The position numbers were made by a program, and so were the translations under genes. Below, piece by piece: positions 29,116-39,135 of a stretch of DNA of 64,000 bases (position 1 is its first letter; each line of letters starts with the position of its first letter). The notes under the pieces were generated by a model that was not told where the DNA came from, did not search any database, and was given only the letters and a program-made list of their open reading frames with translations. Source of the stretch: an uncultured Gemmatimonadales bacterium (lineage in GTDB: Bacteria > Gemmatimonadota > Gemmatimonadetes > Gemmatimonadales > GWC2-71-9). The DNA is taken from the NCBI GenBank assembly GCA_963828735.1, contig CAWHFW010000005.1, positions 416,001 to 480,000 of the forward strand. The letters run 5' to 3'.

Positions 29116-29885
29116 CGGCCGGCGAGAGTGCGGGCGTTCCCACTCTCGATGGCCGCCCGATCGCCGGGCGCGAGGTCCAGAAGGTCGAGCTTGGCGCCCG
29201 CGTTTTCCGGCAGCCGCAGCGGCTGGCCGGTGCCGAGGACGAAGCGGGCGGGGCCCACGGTGCCGAGGAGCGTCTGCAGGTGATCCTCCGGCGGACCCCA
29301 GATCCAGCAGATGTCCCACCAGATGCGCGACGCCTCGGCGGGCGTGGACCCGAAGTGCACCTCCTCCACGAACGGGCGGTCCGCGTGGGTGACCAGCACC
29401 CGAACGCGCGGATCGCTCCGGATCAGCGCGCGCACCGCGGCGGCCGGCAGCTCGGGAGCGATGTCGTTCGGATGCCGCTGGCGGCCGTCCTCGAACCGCA
29501 CCGCGAGCGAGAGCGCGACGTTTGCCTCGCCGCATGCCGCGGCGAGCGCGCGCATGGCCGGGCCGGCGGGATCGATACCGTAGAACGTGGGATCCGCCCG
29601 GACCGCCGGCGCGCCGGCGTCCGCCGCCGCGCGCAACGCGTCGCGCCAGTCGGCGAGCCCCGGATGCACCGCCGGAACCGGGCGGAGGCGCCGGTGCCCG
29701 CGGGTGAGCTCGAGGAGCCAGGCGTTGCCCTCGGTCGGGTCGCGCCAGAAGACGCTAGGCAGATGGGTCACCCAGGCGTCGTCGATTCCCACCCGGTCCA
29801 TCGCCGCCACCACGGCCTCGGGCGCGGTGCCCGGCACGCGGCGGAAGGGATAGGAGCCGACGAACGCGTTGACGTCGGTTCGCAT
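29112..29885 (-). CDS. Amidohydrolase_2-like protein with degenerate first metal motif (DVNAF)
   Basis: TIM-barrel pattern, RFVLGTGQP C-terminus; TGATG overlap with upstream gene. Confidence 0.78.
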   Translation of the reverse strand: MRTDVNAFVGSYPFRRVPGTAPEAVVAAMDRVGIDDAWVTHLPSVFWRDPTEGNAWLLELTRGHRRLRPVPAVHPGLADWRDALRAAADAGAPAVRADPTFYGIDPAGPAMRALAAACGEANVALSLAVRFEDGRQRHPNDIAPELPAAAVRALIRSDPRVRVLVTHADRPFVEEVHFGSTPAEASRIWWDICWIWGPPEDHLQTLLGTVGPARFVLGTGQPLRLPENAGAKLDLLDLAPGDRAAIESGNARTLAGR

Positions 29886-30685
29886 CAGTCCGTGGGAAAC
29901 GCGCCGGCAGGGAAGATCGCCGCGGCGTTGCGCCAGCGGACGCGATCGAGGTCGGCGGCCGGCAGCAGATGCTCCAGGTAGCGAAGCTTGGCCCAGCCGG
30001 TCTCGATGGTGAGATCGCAGCCCCACAGGAGTCGCTCGACGCCGACCGCCTCGAGGCAAGCCTCGAGCATGCCACCGTCTACCCCGCTCCCAGACAGGTC
30101 CACGTACACGTTGGGCAGCGAGCGGAGATCGTGCAGCGAGTGGAGCCAGTCGCCGCCGCCGCCGATGTGCGCGAGCAGGAACGGCACGCGCGGGTGACGC
30201 ACGGCCAGCTCGCCAAGCTCGCGCGCGTCCGACGCCTCCTGCCCGGGCCAGTCGCGGCGGCGGTGTTGCCAGATGTGGTGCAGGACGGGGACCCCCCGCT
30301 CGGCGGCGAGGCGGCAGATGGGGTCGAGCAGCGGATCGTTCGCGCGGCGGCTGGCGGCGAGCTTGACCCCGACCATGCCCGCATCGAGACAACGCCCGAT
30401 CTCGGCGAGGGACTCCTCGGTGTAGTTCGGGTTCACGGCGACGTAGCCGCGGACGCGATCGGGGTGTTGGCGCTGCAGCGCGAGCAGCCAGTCGTTCGCG
30501 TAGCGCAGGTCGGGCAAGGACGGGAAATAGGTGGGCGACGTCGCGCCCCAGCTTCCGAGGATCGACGCGACATGGACGGTGATGCCCACGCGTTCCCCCG
30601 CCCCGAGCCGGCTGGCGTTCCGTTCACGCCAATCGCTGCGTGGCGTGCGATCGTGCAGGAAGTGCGCGTGGACGTCGATCAGCAA
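29885..30685 (-). CDS. Amidohydrolase_2 family metallo-hydrolase
   Basis: IDVHAH, VLHH, LAHIGGG, VYVDLSGS, LLWGCD. Confidence 0.88.
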   Translation of the reverse strand: MLIDVHAHFLHDRTPRSDWRERNASRLGAGERVGITVHVASILGSWGATSPTYFPSLPDLRYANDWLLALQRQHPDRVRGYVAVNPNYTEESLAEIGRCLDAGMVGVKLAASRRANDPLLDPICRLAAERGVPVLHHIWQHRRRDWPGQEASDARELGELAVRHPRVPFLLAHIGGGGDWLHSLHDLRSLPNVYVDLSGSGVDGGMLEACLEAVGVERLLWGCDLTIETGWAKLRYLEHLLPAADLDRVRWRNAAAIFPAGAFPTD

Positions 30686-30759
30686 CCGGGGTCGGCTCCG
30701 GGCAGGGGGTGCCTGGACAATCTAAACGGGAGTCAGGGAAAGCCGGGTAGCGGGAGTCG

Positions 30760-31938
30760 CTACGAGCCCAGCCCTCCCAGCACCTCCCCCAGCACGCCGA
30801 CCACCCGTTCCACGTCGCGCTCCCCGTGCGCCATGCTCACGAAGTTGTACGGACTTCGCTTGAACAGCACTCCGCGCCGTGCCGTCTCGACCGCTACCCG
30901 CGCGCCGACAGCTTCGTCGTGGAACAGGAGACAGCACATCTCGGGGAGTCCACCAACGCCACGAACGTGGCTCGGGTGGCGCTCAGCGAGCCCGCGGAGC
31001 CCGTCCATCAACCACGCGCCGATCCTGCCGAGCTGCTCGGGCACGCGGCGAGCCTCCAGCACGCCCAGCGTCGCGCGGGCCGCGGCGAGCGAGACGAACT
31101 CCGTCGCGAGCGTGGAGGAGACCCAGGTACGAGCGACGCCGGCCATGAGGTCGGTGCGTCCGCCGACCGCGGCGAGCGGAAATCCGTTGGCGATGGCCTT
31201 GCCCATCACCACGAGATCAGGCCGGACCCCGAACCGCTCGCACGCGCCGCCCAACGCCAGGCGACCGATCGTCTTGATCTCGTCGGCGATCAGCACGGCC
31301 CCGGCCCGATCCGTCTCCTCGCGCAGCACCGCGAGCCACTGCGGATCCGGCGCGGCGAGGATCACCGGCTCGAACACCACCGCCGCCAGCGTGCTGCCTG
31401 CGCGACGGATCAGCTCGCGGGACCGCTCCGGGTCGTTGAACGGGATCTCTGCATACAGCGCCCGCGTCCCTGCCGGAACACCGCGGGCGTCCTGGCCCTG
31501 GCACCAGTCGAGCCAGCCGTGGTACCCGCACCCGAGCACGGCCTCCCGCCCCGTTGCGGTGCGCGCGAGCCGCACGGCGGCGGCCATCGCCTCCGCGCCC
31601 GTCTTGAGAAAGCGCACCTGTTCGATCCACGGCATGATCCGGCGGAGGTCGGCGGCCAGCTCCGCCTCGAGCACCGGCGGGAGCGGTCCCACCACGCCGT
31701 TTCCGACCGCGAGGACGGCGGCGGCGTTCACCTCCGCGTGGCCGTACCCGAGGGCGACCGCGCCGAGCGCCATGATCAGGTCGAGATATTCCCTGCCCTC
31801 CTCGTCCCACACCCTGCAGCCGGACGAGCGGGTCATCCTGTGCGGGAGCTCGGGATAGTCGCCGGCGAAGAGGGCCTCGGGCCGCTTGCTCCCGGTGGAC
31901 GTGTACCCCGCGACGGCGCCGACCGTCTCGTCGCTCAT
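30760..31938 (-). CDS. Class III PLP aminotransferase (GSA-aminomutase-like)
   Basis: VWDEEGREYLD, LGYGH, KTGAEA, GYHG, IADEIKT, GKAIANG. Confidence 0.9.
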   Translation of the reverse strand: MSDETVGAVAGYTSTGSKRPEALFAGDYPELPHRMTRSSGCRVWDEEGREYLDLIMALGAVALGYGHAEVNAAAVLAVGNGVVGPLPPVLEAELAADLRRIMPWIEQVRFLKTGAEAMAAAVRLARTATGREAVLGCGYHGWLDWCQGQDARGVPAGTRALYAEIPFNDPERSRELIRRAGSTLAAVVFEPVILAAPDPQWLAVLREETDRAGAVLIADEIKTIGRLALGGACERFGVRPDLVVMGKAIANGFPLAAVGGRTDLMAGVARTWVSSTLATEFVSLAAARATLGVLEARRVPEQLGRIGAWLMDGLRGLAERHPSHVRGVGGLPEMCCLLFHDEAVGARVAVETARRGVLFKRSPYNFVSMAHGERDVERVVGVLGEVLGGLGS

Positions 31939-34661
31939 CCGAGCTCCAGCGTTCCGAACGCCTCGAGCGCCTGGCGATCGCCGCGGAGATAAACCCACCC
32001 GCCGCCGCCGCTCCAGACGAGCTGCCCGGCCCGCCGCAGGCGGTCGGGGTGCATCTCGTTCACGATGAAGTCGAAGCCGACGGCATCGCCCCCGCGCGGA
32101 CCCCACTCCGGCAGCGCGACTCGAAGCGCCATCGAGTAGCCGGTGCCGGTGCGCCGCCAGGCGCCCGTCACCGGATCCGGGGATCCGGCGCTCCCCGACG
32201 TGAGCCGCACGCGAACGCGACCCTCGTCGTCCGACGGGACGACCAGAAAGCCGTACACGGGTCCGTCCCCCTCCGGCCGGAGATAGACCTGAATCCCGTC
32301 GGCATGGATGTCGTCAGGCTCGTTGTCGAGCCGGAGTGGCGGGGCGTCATCCGGTCGCACGGTTACTTCGGCCTTCACAACGTCCACGCCCAGGTAGAGC
32401 GCGTCCTCGTTCCAGTTGGCCAACAGCGTCGCGGAGAACTCCTCCGCGCCGTGATAGGGCTCTTCGCTCCGCCGGTACTGATCGTCGTAGTCGAGGGCTA
32501 TCGGCTCGCTCGCGTCGAAAGTGTCGAGACGACCGTCGAGGTCGGGCGCGACCCGGACATACAGCGCCTTGCCGGCGGCCCGCACCGGGCGGTTGAGGTC
32601 GATGAGCGGCGCGCGGGCCACCTCGGCGCGCCGGAGACCGCCCAGCTTCGTGGTCCCCGCGGGGCCTGCGATTTCCCATCCGACCGGCCCGACGACGTGC
32701 CGGTCCACGCCGGCCGTGGTCTCAACCTCGATCACATCACCCTCCGTGCCGAGCGAGCGCAGAGTCGGAGGGGCCAGTGTGCTCTCGAGTGCGGCCACGA
32801 TGCGCGCGCCGCGGCCGGTCGAGCGGACCAGATACATCGTGCCGCGCGCGGGCCCGCCCGGCCGGCCCGGCGCGCTCGCGCGGAGCAGCGTGCCGTCGAA
32901 CCGCAGATGCAGGGTCAGCGTCGCCCCGTTCTCGCCGTGGGACCGGAGCACCACCCCATCCTCGGTTCGGCCGGTGAACCGCTCCACGCGCTCGAGAAAC
33001 TGCTCATCCCACGGCTCGGCGGTCCAGTCTCCGGGCGTTACCATCTCGATGCGACCGGCCAGGTGCCACGGGAGCTCGATGGTGCGATCCTCGCTCGCGT
33101 CCAGCTCGACGACGTCCACCACGTACTCGCCGGCGACCAGCGTTCGCGACATCTCGCCGTACCGTCCGCGTACCCAGCTCCAACCCCCACGGACGTCGAA
33201 GGCTTCGCAGGTCGCATCGCCCGGGACCTGCGAGCGCCCGTCGAGGCGCGGCGCGTCGTGCGCGAGCGTGGAGCGGTACCAGAAGAGATCGCCGGCGACG
33301 TAGGAGCCGGTGCCCGGGTCCGCGAGCCAATGGACGCCGTCGGCGAAGAGGGTGAGGTGCAGTCGGTCGGGATGGCCGTGCCCGCCGCCGAGCCGGCCGC
33401 ACTCGAGGCTGGCATACCGGTCGCCGTCGCGCAGGATGGCGAGCCCTTGGCGCTCGAGCAGCACCGCCCCCGGCGCCCAGGGTGCCGCCTGTTCCGGCGC
33501 CGCGGGGGCCATCTCGAGCAGGGACCACCAGGAAAGGTCGGCACGTCCGCGCCTCGACGGTGCGGGCTCCCCGGCCTCGTGCAGGTAGGAATCGAATGTC
33601 TCCGCCTTCGGCGCGGGAGTGGCGTACAGCTCGCGGAGCCAGCTCCAGAGATCCGAGCGCTCGTCGCCCAGGCGAGCGAGGCCGACCTCCCAGAGTTCGA
33701 TGTACATCGGCTGCGCCAGCGACAGGCCGAACCTCGAATCCTTTCGAGCCGGGAAGGTGTCGTCTGGCAGCGCCGTGAGCGCCGGCGCCCGGAGCGCGGC
33801 GGCGAGGCGGGCGGCCAGGCGCTCGTCCTCGAGCAGGTCCACCCCGGCATGCCTCGCCCAGCCCATGGCGACGAGCTGCCCGCGCAGCGCGAACAGATGG
33901 TAGTTCTCACCCTCGTACCACATCCCGTCATCGCCGAATCCTTCCATCAAATGCGCCAGCATGCCCGTCGGCGCCTGCACGGCGCGCGTCAACAGCTCTT
34001 CGTCCTCGAACCACACGGCGATGGCGGCCAACGCCGCGTTGTGCCACGTCTGCCGATTGGAGAACCCCTCGTCGAACTCGCCGATCAGGTTCGCGGCCTC
34101 CTCGGCAACGACCCCCACGCCCTCGGCGACGTCGTCCGGGAGGCGCCCGCTCTCGCGGAGCAATGTGGCCGCCGAGAGATAGTTGGTGAGCCAGATGGAC
34201 TCGAGATAGGTGGAGAAGAAGAGGCGGCTTGGACCGAGGACGTTGTCGCGGTTGGGATAGTCGAAGTAGGACGAGGCGTAGGCCGAGAGGATCCCGGCAG
34301 CGCGCTCCGCGGCGCCGTCGTGCCCCACCAGCGCGGCGAGCGTCGCCAGGGTCGCGCCGCGCTCCGCGAGCCAGAGGTGTCCGAAGCGCGCCCACGCCCG
34401 GTCGTGCCGCTCGCCGGCGAAGGTTCGGCCGCACCGGGAACAGCGGTGCGAGGCGGCACTCCTGGGGTCGAACTCGAGCGCGGCCCCGTCGTCGGGACAG
34501 ACGCCCCCGTCCGCCGAGAGAAGCGCCTTGTGCGGCGGCACGGTCGGCGGCCGCGCGATCAGCGGCGCCACCCGCTCGGCGAGGCGGCGCGCGAGCGCGG
34601 ACAAGTCGGCCGACGCGGCGAGCAGCTCGCGGCGGGCGTCGAGATCCGCGGTGCTCAGCAT
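31935..34661 (-). CDS. Heparinase II/III-like polysaccharide-lyase-type protein with C-terminal CBM9/DOMON-like domain
   Basis: SNRQTWHN, GMWYEG..YH, GGHGHPD, DPGTGSY, STLAH; C-terminal DGRLD..ANWNEDALYLGVDV..DGIQVY. Confidence 0.78.
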   Translation of the reverse strand: MLSTADLDARRELLAASADLSALARRLAERVAPLIARPPTVPPHKALLSADGGVCPDDGAALEFDPRSAASHRCSRCGRTFAGERHDRAWARFGHLWLAERGATLATLAALVGHDGAAERAAGILSAYASSYFDYPNRDNVLGPSRLFFSTYLESIWLTNYLSAATLLRESGRLPDDVAEGVGVVAEEAANLIGEFDEGFSNRQTWHNAALAAIAVWFEDEELLTRAVQAPTGMLAHLMEGFGDDGMWYEGENYHLFALRGQLVAMGWARHAGVDLLEDERLAARLAAALRAPALTALPDDTFPARKDSRFGLSLAQPMYIELWEVGLARLGDERSDLWSWLRELYATPAPKAETFDSYLHEAGEPAPSRRGRADLSWWSLLEMAPAAPEQAAPWAPGAVLLERQGLAILRDGDRYASLECGRLGGGHGHPDRLHLTLFADGVHWLADPGTGSYVAGDLFWYRSTLAHDAPRLDGRSQVPGDATCEAFDVRGGWSWVRGRYGEMSRTLVAGEYVVDVVELDASEDRTIELPWHLAGRIEMVTPGDWTAEPWDEQFLERVERFTGRTEDGVVLRSHGENGATLTLHLRFDGTLLRASAPGRPGGPARGTMYLVRSTGRGARIVAALESTLAPPTLRSLGTEGDVIEVETTAGVDRHVVGPVGWEIAGPAGTTKLGGLRRAEVARAPLIDLNRPVRAAGKALYVRVAPDLDGRLDTFDASEPIALDYDDQYRRSEEPYHGAEEFSATLLANWNEDALYLGVDVVKAEVTVRPDDAPPLRLDNEPDDIHADGIQVYLRPEGDGPVYGFLVVPSDDEGRVRVRLTSGSAGSPDPVTGAWRRTGTGYSMALRVALPEWGPRGGDAVGFDFIVNEMHPDRLRRAGQLVWSGGGGWVYLRGDRQALEAFGTLELG

Positions 34662-35647
34662 GCCTCGACGCCTGCGGGCGACCACCGTACGGGCAGGATC
34701 GTCATGCCGAGCCCACGCACGGCGGCGATGGCCGCGGTCGGATCGTCCGGGCCGAGGAAGAACATCGAGCCGCCGGCACCCGCGCCGGCCGCCTTGCCGC
34801 CCAGGGCGCCGGCCTCGCGCATCGCGTTCGCGAGCCGGGCCATCGGCGGCGTGCACATGGCAGGGTCCAGGATCTCCTGGTGCCGCCAGTTGGCGTCGAG
34901 CAGCCGACCGATGGCCGCAAGGTCGCCGGCGCGGAGCGCCTCCGCCATGCGCTCGGCGACGCCGCGGAGCCCGTGCAGCGCACCGGTGACCGCGGCGTCC
35001 CCGCGCTCGTACGCCTGCATCACGCGGCCGATCGTCGCGCCCGAAAAGCGGGACGCGCCTGTGTAGACCAGGATCATGCGGCGCGCGAGCTCGGCGAGCA
35101 GTCCTGGGTCGAGCGCGAGCGGCTCCACGGTCGCCTCGGGGTCGCGGAAACCGAGTCGCAGGAACCCACCGAACGCGGCGGTGAACTGGTCCTGCCGGCC
35201 GCCGGGGATCCCGGCCTCGATGCGCTCGAGGTGGCACGCGAGCCTGGCGACCTCGCCCGCGGCCAGGACCTCGCCGCGGGCCGCGGCCAGGGCGCCCACG
35301 AGGGCGACGTCGAGCGCGCCCGAGCTGCCGACGCCAGAGCCGGGTGGGGCGTCGGAGCGGGTGCTGAGCGCACACGCACCGACCGGCAGCATGCGCAGCC
35401 CCGCCTGCAGCAGCGAGAGCGGGCCGGTCGCGGTGAGCGCGGCCTCGTCAGGGAGCTCGAGCGTCGCGCCCAGGTCCTCGGCGACGAGTCGAAATCCCAC
35501 GCCACCCGGCCGAACCTCGGCGTGCGCGCGAAGCCCGATCGCCGCGGACACGACCACACCGCCCTCGCGCGCGGAGAACGGCGGCACGTCGGTCCAGCCG
35601 CCCGCGAAGTCGAGGCGGACCGGCGCCGATGCGCGAAAGGCCGTCAC
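34655..35647 (-). CDS. GHMP kinase (HddA / fucokinase-like sugar kinase)
   Basis: APVRLDFAGGWTD, PPGSGVGSSG, GGRQDQ, GGKAAGAGAGG. Confidence 0.9.
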   Translation of the reverse strand: MTAFRASAPVRLDFAGGWTDVPPFSAREGGVVVSAAIGLRAHAEVRPGGVGFRLVAEDLGATLELPDEAALTATGPLSLLQAGLRMLPVGACALSTRSDAPPGSGVGSSGALDVALVGALAAARGEVLAAGEVARLACHLERIEAGIPGGRQDQFTAAFGGFLRLGFRDPEATVEPLALDPGLLAELARRMILVYTGASRFSGATIGRVMQAYERGDAAVTGALHGLRGVAERMAEALRAGDLAAIGRLLDANWRHQEILDPAMCTPPMARLANAMREAGALGGKAAGAGAGGSMFFLGPDDPTAAIAAVRGLGMTILPVRWSPAGVEAC

Positions 35648-37068
35648 GGCGCGACCCACCAGTCGTGCACCGTCGGCAGCTCACCCCTGAGGTCCATCCG
35701 CACCCCACGTACCCGACGATTCATGCCCTGGAGTCCCCGCGCGTGGTAGAGGACGACGGCCGGCAGCGAGTCGGCGAACATCCGTTGCGCCGCGGCGGCG
35801 TCGGTGGGCGCGTGGAGCCCGGCGACGGCCGCGAGGGGGCGAAGATAGGCCAGGCCCGCGTCGCCCGTCACGCCCAGTACGGCCGCGTCGAAGTCATGCG
35901 CCGGGCCGTACACGCGGGCCAGAAATGCGGAGAGCTCGAGCTGGCGAATCGTGGCGTCGATGCCCGCAGCGCGGAGCCGCGCCTGCACCATCTGCTCGAG
36001 CGGCGCCTCGCCGCTGCCGACGGTGAGCAGCTCGAAGCGGAGCGGCGGACCGGAGGCCACCCGTGCATCCCCGGCGGCGGACACCGGAACATAGCCCGGA
36101 ACGTCCGCGGGCACGGGCGAGCGTGACGGCGTGCCGTAGCCATACAGATAGCCGTCGACGATCTCGCGCCGGTCGACCGCGGCATCCACCCGCCGGCGGG
36201 TCTCGAGTAGATCGAACGGTGGACGGCGGGCGTTCAACGCGATGACGTAGGTGAAGAGGAGCGGGTAGCTCAGCACGGCGAGATCGGGATCGCGCGCGAC
36301 GAACGCCGCGTGCGCCGGCTGGATGCCGGCGAAGTCCAGCTCACCCGCGGTCAGCGCCGCGAGTTTGGTGGCGGGCTCGTCCACGACGACGATGATGAGG
36401 CGGTCGAGCTTGGGCGGACCGCCGAGCGCGACGGGAAAGCCGGGGTTGGCCGCAAAGACCCAGCGGCGGTTGGGCTCGTGCGCGACGAAGCGGAAGGGGC
36501 CGTTGCCGACGGGATGCTCGTTCCAGGAGGCCTGGCGCAGCCGGCCTCGCGGCACGGTGTCGAGCAGATGCGCGGGAACGATGGCGAGGTCGGTGAGCAC
36601 GTCGGGAAACCGCGCCCGGGGTGCGTCGAATCGAAGCATCACGGTCGAGTCGTCCGTCGCTTCGACTCGCTCGAGCGCCGTGAGCTCGCCGGCCCGAGGA
36701 TAGCCGACGACCGGATCCCGCGCCGCCTCGAGCGTCCAGCGCACGTCGCGCGCGGTCGTCGGCGCGCCGTCGTGCCATCGCACGCCCGTGACGAGGTGCA
36801 TGACGAGGGTCCGCCGGTCCGCGGCCCAATCCCACGATCGTGCGAGGTAGGGCTGCGCAACGAGCGCCGAATCGTACCGGGCGAGGGTCATGAGCAGGAC
36901 GTAGCGCTCGACCTGGCGGGCAAGCGGATGGAGCGTCAGCAACGGATTGATGCTCTGCAGGTCGGCGCCCGAGGCGAACATGACGGTCGCGCCGCGTCGC
37001 GCCGCGCCCGGCTGGCAGCCGGTGAAGGCGACGAGCGCCGCCAGCAGGACGGAAAGGCGCGAAGGCAC
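35644..37068 (-). CDS. ABC transporter family-5 substrate-binding lipoprotein
   Basis: Lipobox-like FTGC; VRWHDGAPTTARDV, PVGNGPF; start uncertain. Confidence 0.88.
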   Translation of the reverse strand: MPSRLSVLLAALVAFTGCQPGAARRGATVMFASGADLQSINPLLTLHPLARQVERYVLLMTLARYDSALVAQPYLARSWDWAADRRTLVMHLVTGVRWHDGAPTTARDVRWTLEAARDPVVGYPRAGELTALERVEATDDSTVMLRFDAPRARFPDVLTDLAIVPAHLLDTVPRGRLRQASWNEHPVGNGPFRFVAHEPNRRWVFAANPGFPVALGGPPKLDRLIIVVVDEPATKLAALTAGELDFAGIQPAHAAFVARDPDLAVLSYPLLFTYVIALNARRPPFDLLETRRRVDAAVDRREIVDGYLYGYGTPSRSPVPADVPGYVPVSAAGDARVASGPPLRFELLTVGSGEAPLEQMVQARLRAAGIDATIRQLELSAFLARVYGPAHDFDAAVLGVTGDAGLAYLRPLAAVAGLHAPTDAAAAQRMFADSLPAVVLYHARGLQGMNRRVRGVRMDLRGELPTVHDWWVAP

Positions 37069-37202
37069 GGCGAAAGGTAGAGCGCTTCGGGCCACAGGGT
37101 CCAGGCGCGTGCACGAGCCAAGCCGCGCCGCAGGATGGCCCGGCGCTCGCCGAAGCGCCCGTGCGCTGGCGCGGCAACCCCGACCCGCGAAGATTGCATC
37201 CC

Positions 37203-38156
37203 ATGCACGCACTCGCCCGCCGCGCGATCAGCGGCTTTGCCGTGGTCCTCGGCGTGGTGACGCTGATGTTCGCCCTCCTCCGTCTCGCGCCCGGCGACCC
37301 AGCGCTCCTCCTCGTCGGCCCCGCGGCCAGCGCCGAGCAGCTCGCCGCTCAACGCCACACCCTCGGCCTCGACCGTCCGTTGCCGGCCCAATACGCCGCG
37401 TGGCTCGGCCGCTTCGCCCGCGGGGACTGGGGCACCAGCATCGCCACCGGGCGCCCGGTCCGCACGATGCTCGGCGAGGCGTGGCCCGCCACCGTGTGCC
37501 TCGTCGGCCTCTCACTGGTGCTGAGCTACCTGCTGGGCATCGCGGTCGGCGTCGTGCAGGCCGCGCGCGGCGGCACCCTCGATACGGCGCTCTCGGTGGC
37601 CACGGTCACGCTGTTCGCCCTGCCCGGCTACTGGCTCGGGCTCATGCTCGTCATGCTGTTCACCTACCGGCTGCGGTGGCTGCCGGCCTTCGGCGCGGCC
37701 GGGTTCGATGCGGACTTCCTCCCGCCGGCGGCGCGCGTAGCCGATCGCCTGCGCCACCTCGCGCTTCCGCTCGCCACGCTCACGCTGGTCGGCGTCGGCG
37801 GCACCGCGCGCTTCGTGCGCGGCGCGATGCTCGACGTGGCCGGCGCGCCATTCGTGACGGTGGCCCGATCCAAGGGGCTCTCCGAGAGCCGCGTGACCGT
37901 GCGGCACGTCCTCCGGAACGCCCTCATCCCGGTGCTCACCCTGCTTGGGCTCTCGCTGCCGACGCTGTTCTCGGGCGCCGTCTTCATCGAGGCCATCTTC
38001 GCCTGGCCCGGAGTGGGACGGGTCCTGGTCGAGGCGGTTCAGGCGCGCGACTATCCGGTCGTGATGGCGGCGACGGCGGTGAGCGCGGTCCTCGTCGTGC
38101 TCGGCAACCTGCTCGCGGAGGTGCTCGTGAGCTGGGCTGACCCGAGAGTACGATGA
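37203..38156 (+). CDS. ABC transporter permease (DppB/OppB-like)
   Basis: PGDP, LGLDRP, GDWGTS, ARSKGL EAA loop, RDYPVV. Confidence 0.92.
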   Translation: MHALARRAISGFAVVLGVVTLMFALLRLAPGDPALLLVGPAASAEQLAAQRHTLGLDRPLPAQYAAWLGRFARGDWGTSIATGRPVRTMLGEAWPATVCLVGLSLVLSYLLGIAVGVVQAARGGTLDTALSVATVTLFALPGYWLGLMLVMLFTYRLRWLPAFGAAGFDADFLPPAARVADRLRHLALPLATLTLVGVGGTARFVRGAMLDVAGAPFVTVARSKGLSESRVTVRHVLRNALIPVLTLLGLSLPTLFSGAVFIEAIFAWPGVGRVLVEAVQARDYPVVMAATAVSAVLVVLGNLLAEVLVSWADPRVR

Positions 38157-38192
38157 GGCCGAGACGATGAGACTCGCCACGAGGGACCCAGG

Positions 38193-39044
38193 TTGAGAGG
38201 CGAGGCACGCCGGCTCTTCCTCGATCGCCGCGCGGCCGTGGGCGCCGGGCTGCTGGCGGCTGCCGCGCTCGCGGCGGTCCTCGCTCCCCTCCTCGCGGGC
38301 GATCCGATCGCCCAGCACGACATCGTGCTGACCCGGTTCCTGCCACCGCTCGCCACCGATCCCTTCGGCGCCTTCCACCTCCTCGGCACCGATCGGTTCG
38401 GCCGGGACGTGTGGGCACGACTCGTGTACGGGGCGCGCGTGTCGCTCGGCGTCGGCGTGCTGGCCGTCCTGCTGTCGGTGGTCGTCGGCGTGGCGGTCGG
38501 AGCGGCCGCGGGCTTCTGGCGCGGGTGGCTCGGGACCACCCTGCTCGGACTCACCGATTTCGCGCTGGCGCTCCCGCGGGTCGTGTTGCTCCTCCTTCTG
38601 GCCTCCCTCTGGCAGCCGAGCGCCGGGCTCGTGATCGTGGTGCTCGGGCTCACCGGCTGGATGACGATCGCGCGACTGGTCCATGCGGAGGTGCGGACGC
38701 TCACGGGACGGCCCTTCGTGGAAAGCGCCATCGGGCTCGGTGTCCCGGGTACACGTATCCTCGTGCGGCACATCCTGCCCAACGCGATGACGCCGGTGAT
38801 CGTCGCCGCCGCGCTCGGCCTTGGCAACGCGATCCTGCTCGAGGCGGGTCTGTCGTTTCTCGGGTTGGGCGTGCAACCGCCGACCCCGTCGTGGGGCAAC
38901 CTCATCGCCTCCGGGCGGGACACGCTGGTCAACGCGCCGTGGGTCGCAACGGCTCCGGGAGTCGCGCTGGTGCTCGTCGTCGTGGCGGCGACACTGTTGG
39001 GCGATGCGGTGCGGGACCGGCTCGATCCCGGAAAGATCGGGTGA
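38193..39044 (+). CDS. ABC transporter permease (DppC/OppC-like)
   Basis: LLGTDRFGRD, HILPN, EAGLSFLGLG..PSWG. Confidence 0.92.
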   Translation: MRGEARRLFLDRRAAVGAGLLAAAALAAVLAPLLAGDPIAQHDIVLTRFLPPLATDPFGAFHLLGTDRFGRDVWARLVYGARVSLGVGVLAVLLSVVVGVAVGAAAGFWRGWLGTTLLGLTDFALALPRVVLLLLLASLWQPSAGLVIVVLGLTGWMTIARLVHAEVRTLTGRPFVESAIGLGVPGTRILVRHILPNAMTPVIVAAALGLGNAILLEAGLSFLGLGVQPPTPSWGNLIASGRDTLVNAPWVATAPGVALVLVVVAATLLGDAVRDRLDPGKIG

Positions 39045-39135
39045 GGGCGGGGATCAACGAGGGGAGCGCCGGTAGAACATCGGCATGAAGCCGATCACTC
39101 GAGGGGTTCCATAACTGCTTTCCATTACACCACGC

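Noticed and set aside
25966..31938. Assigning menC, pyrD, dapA, hemL symbols
   Set aside because: Family-level similarity only; context and altered motifs argue against housekeeping orthology
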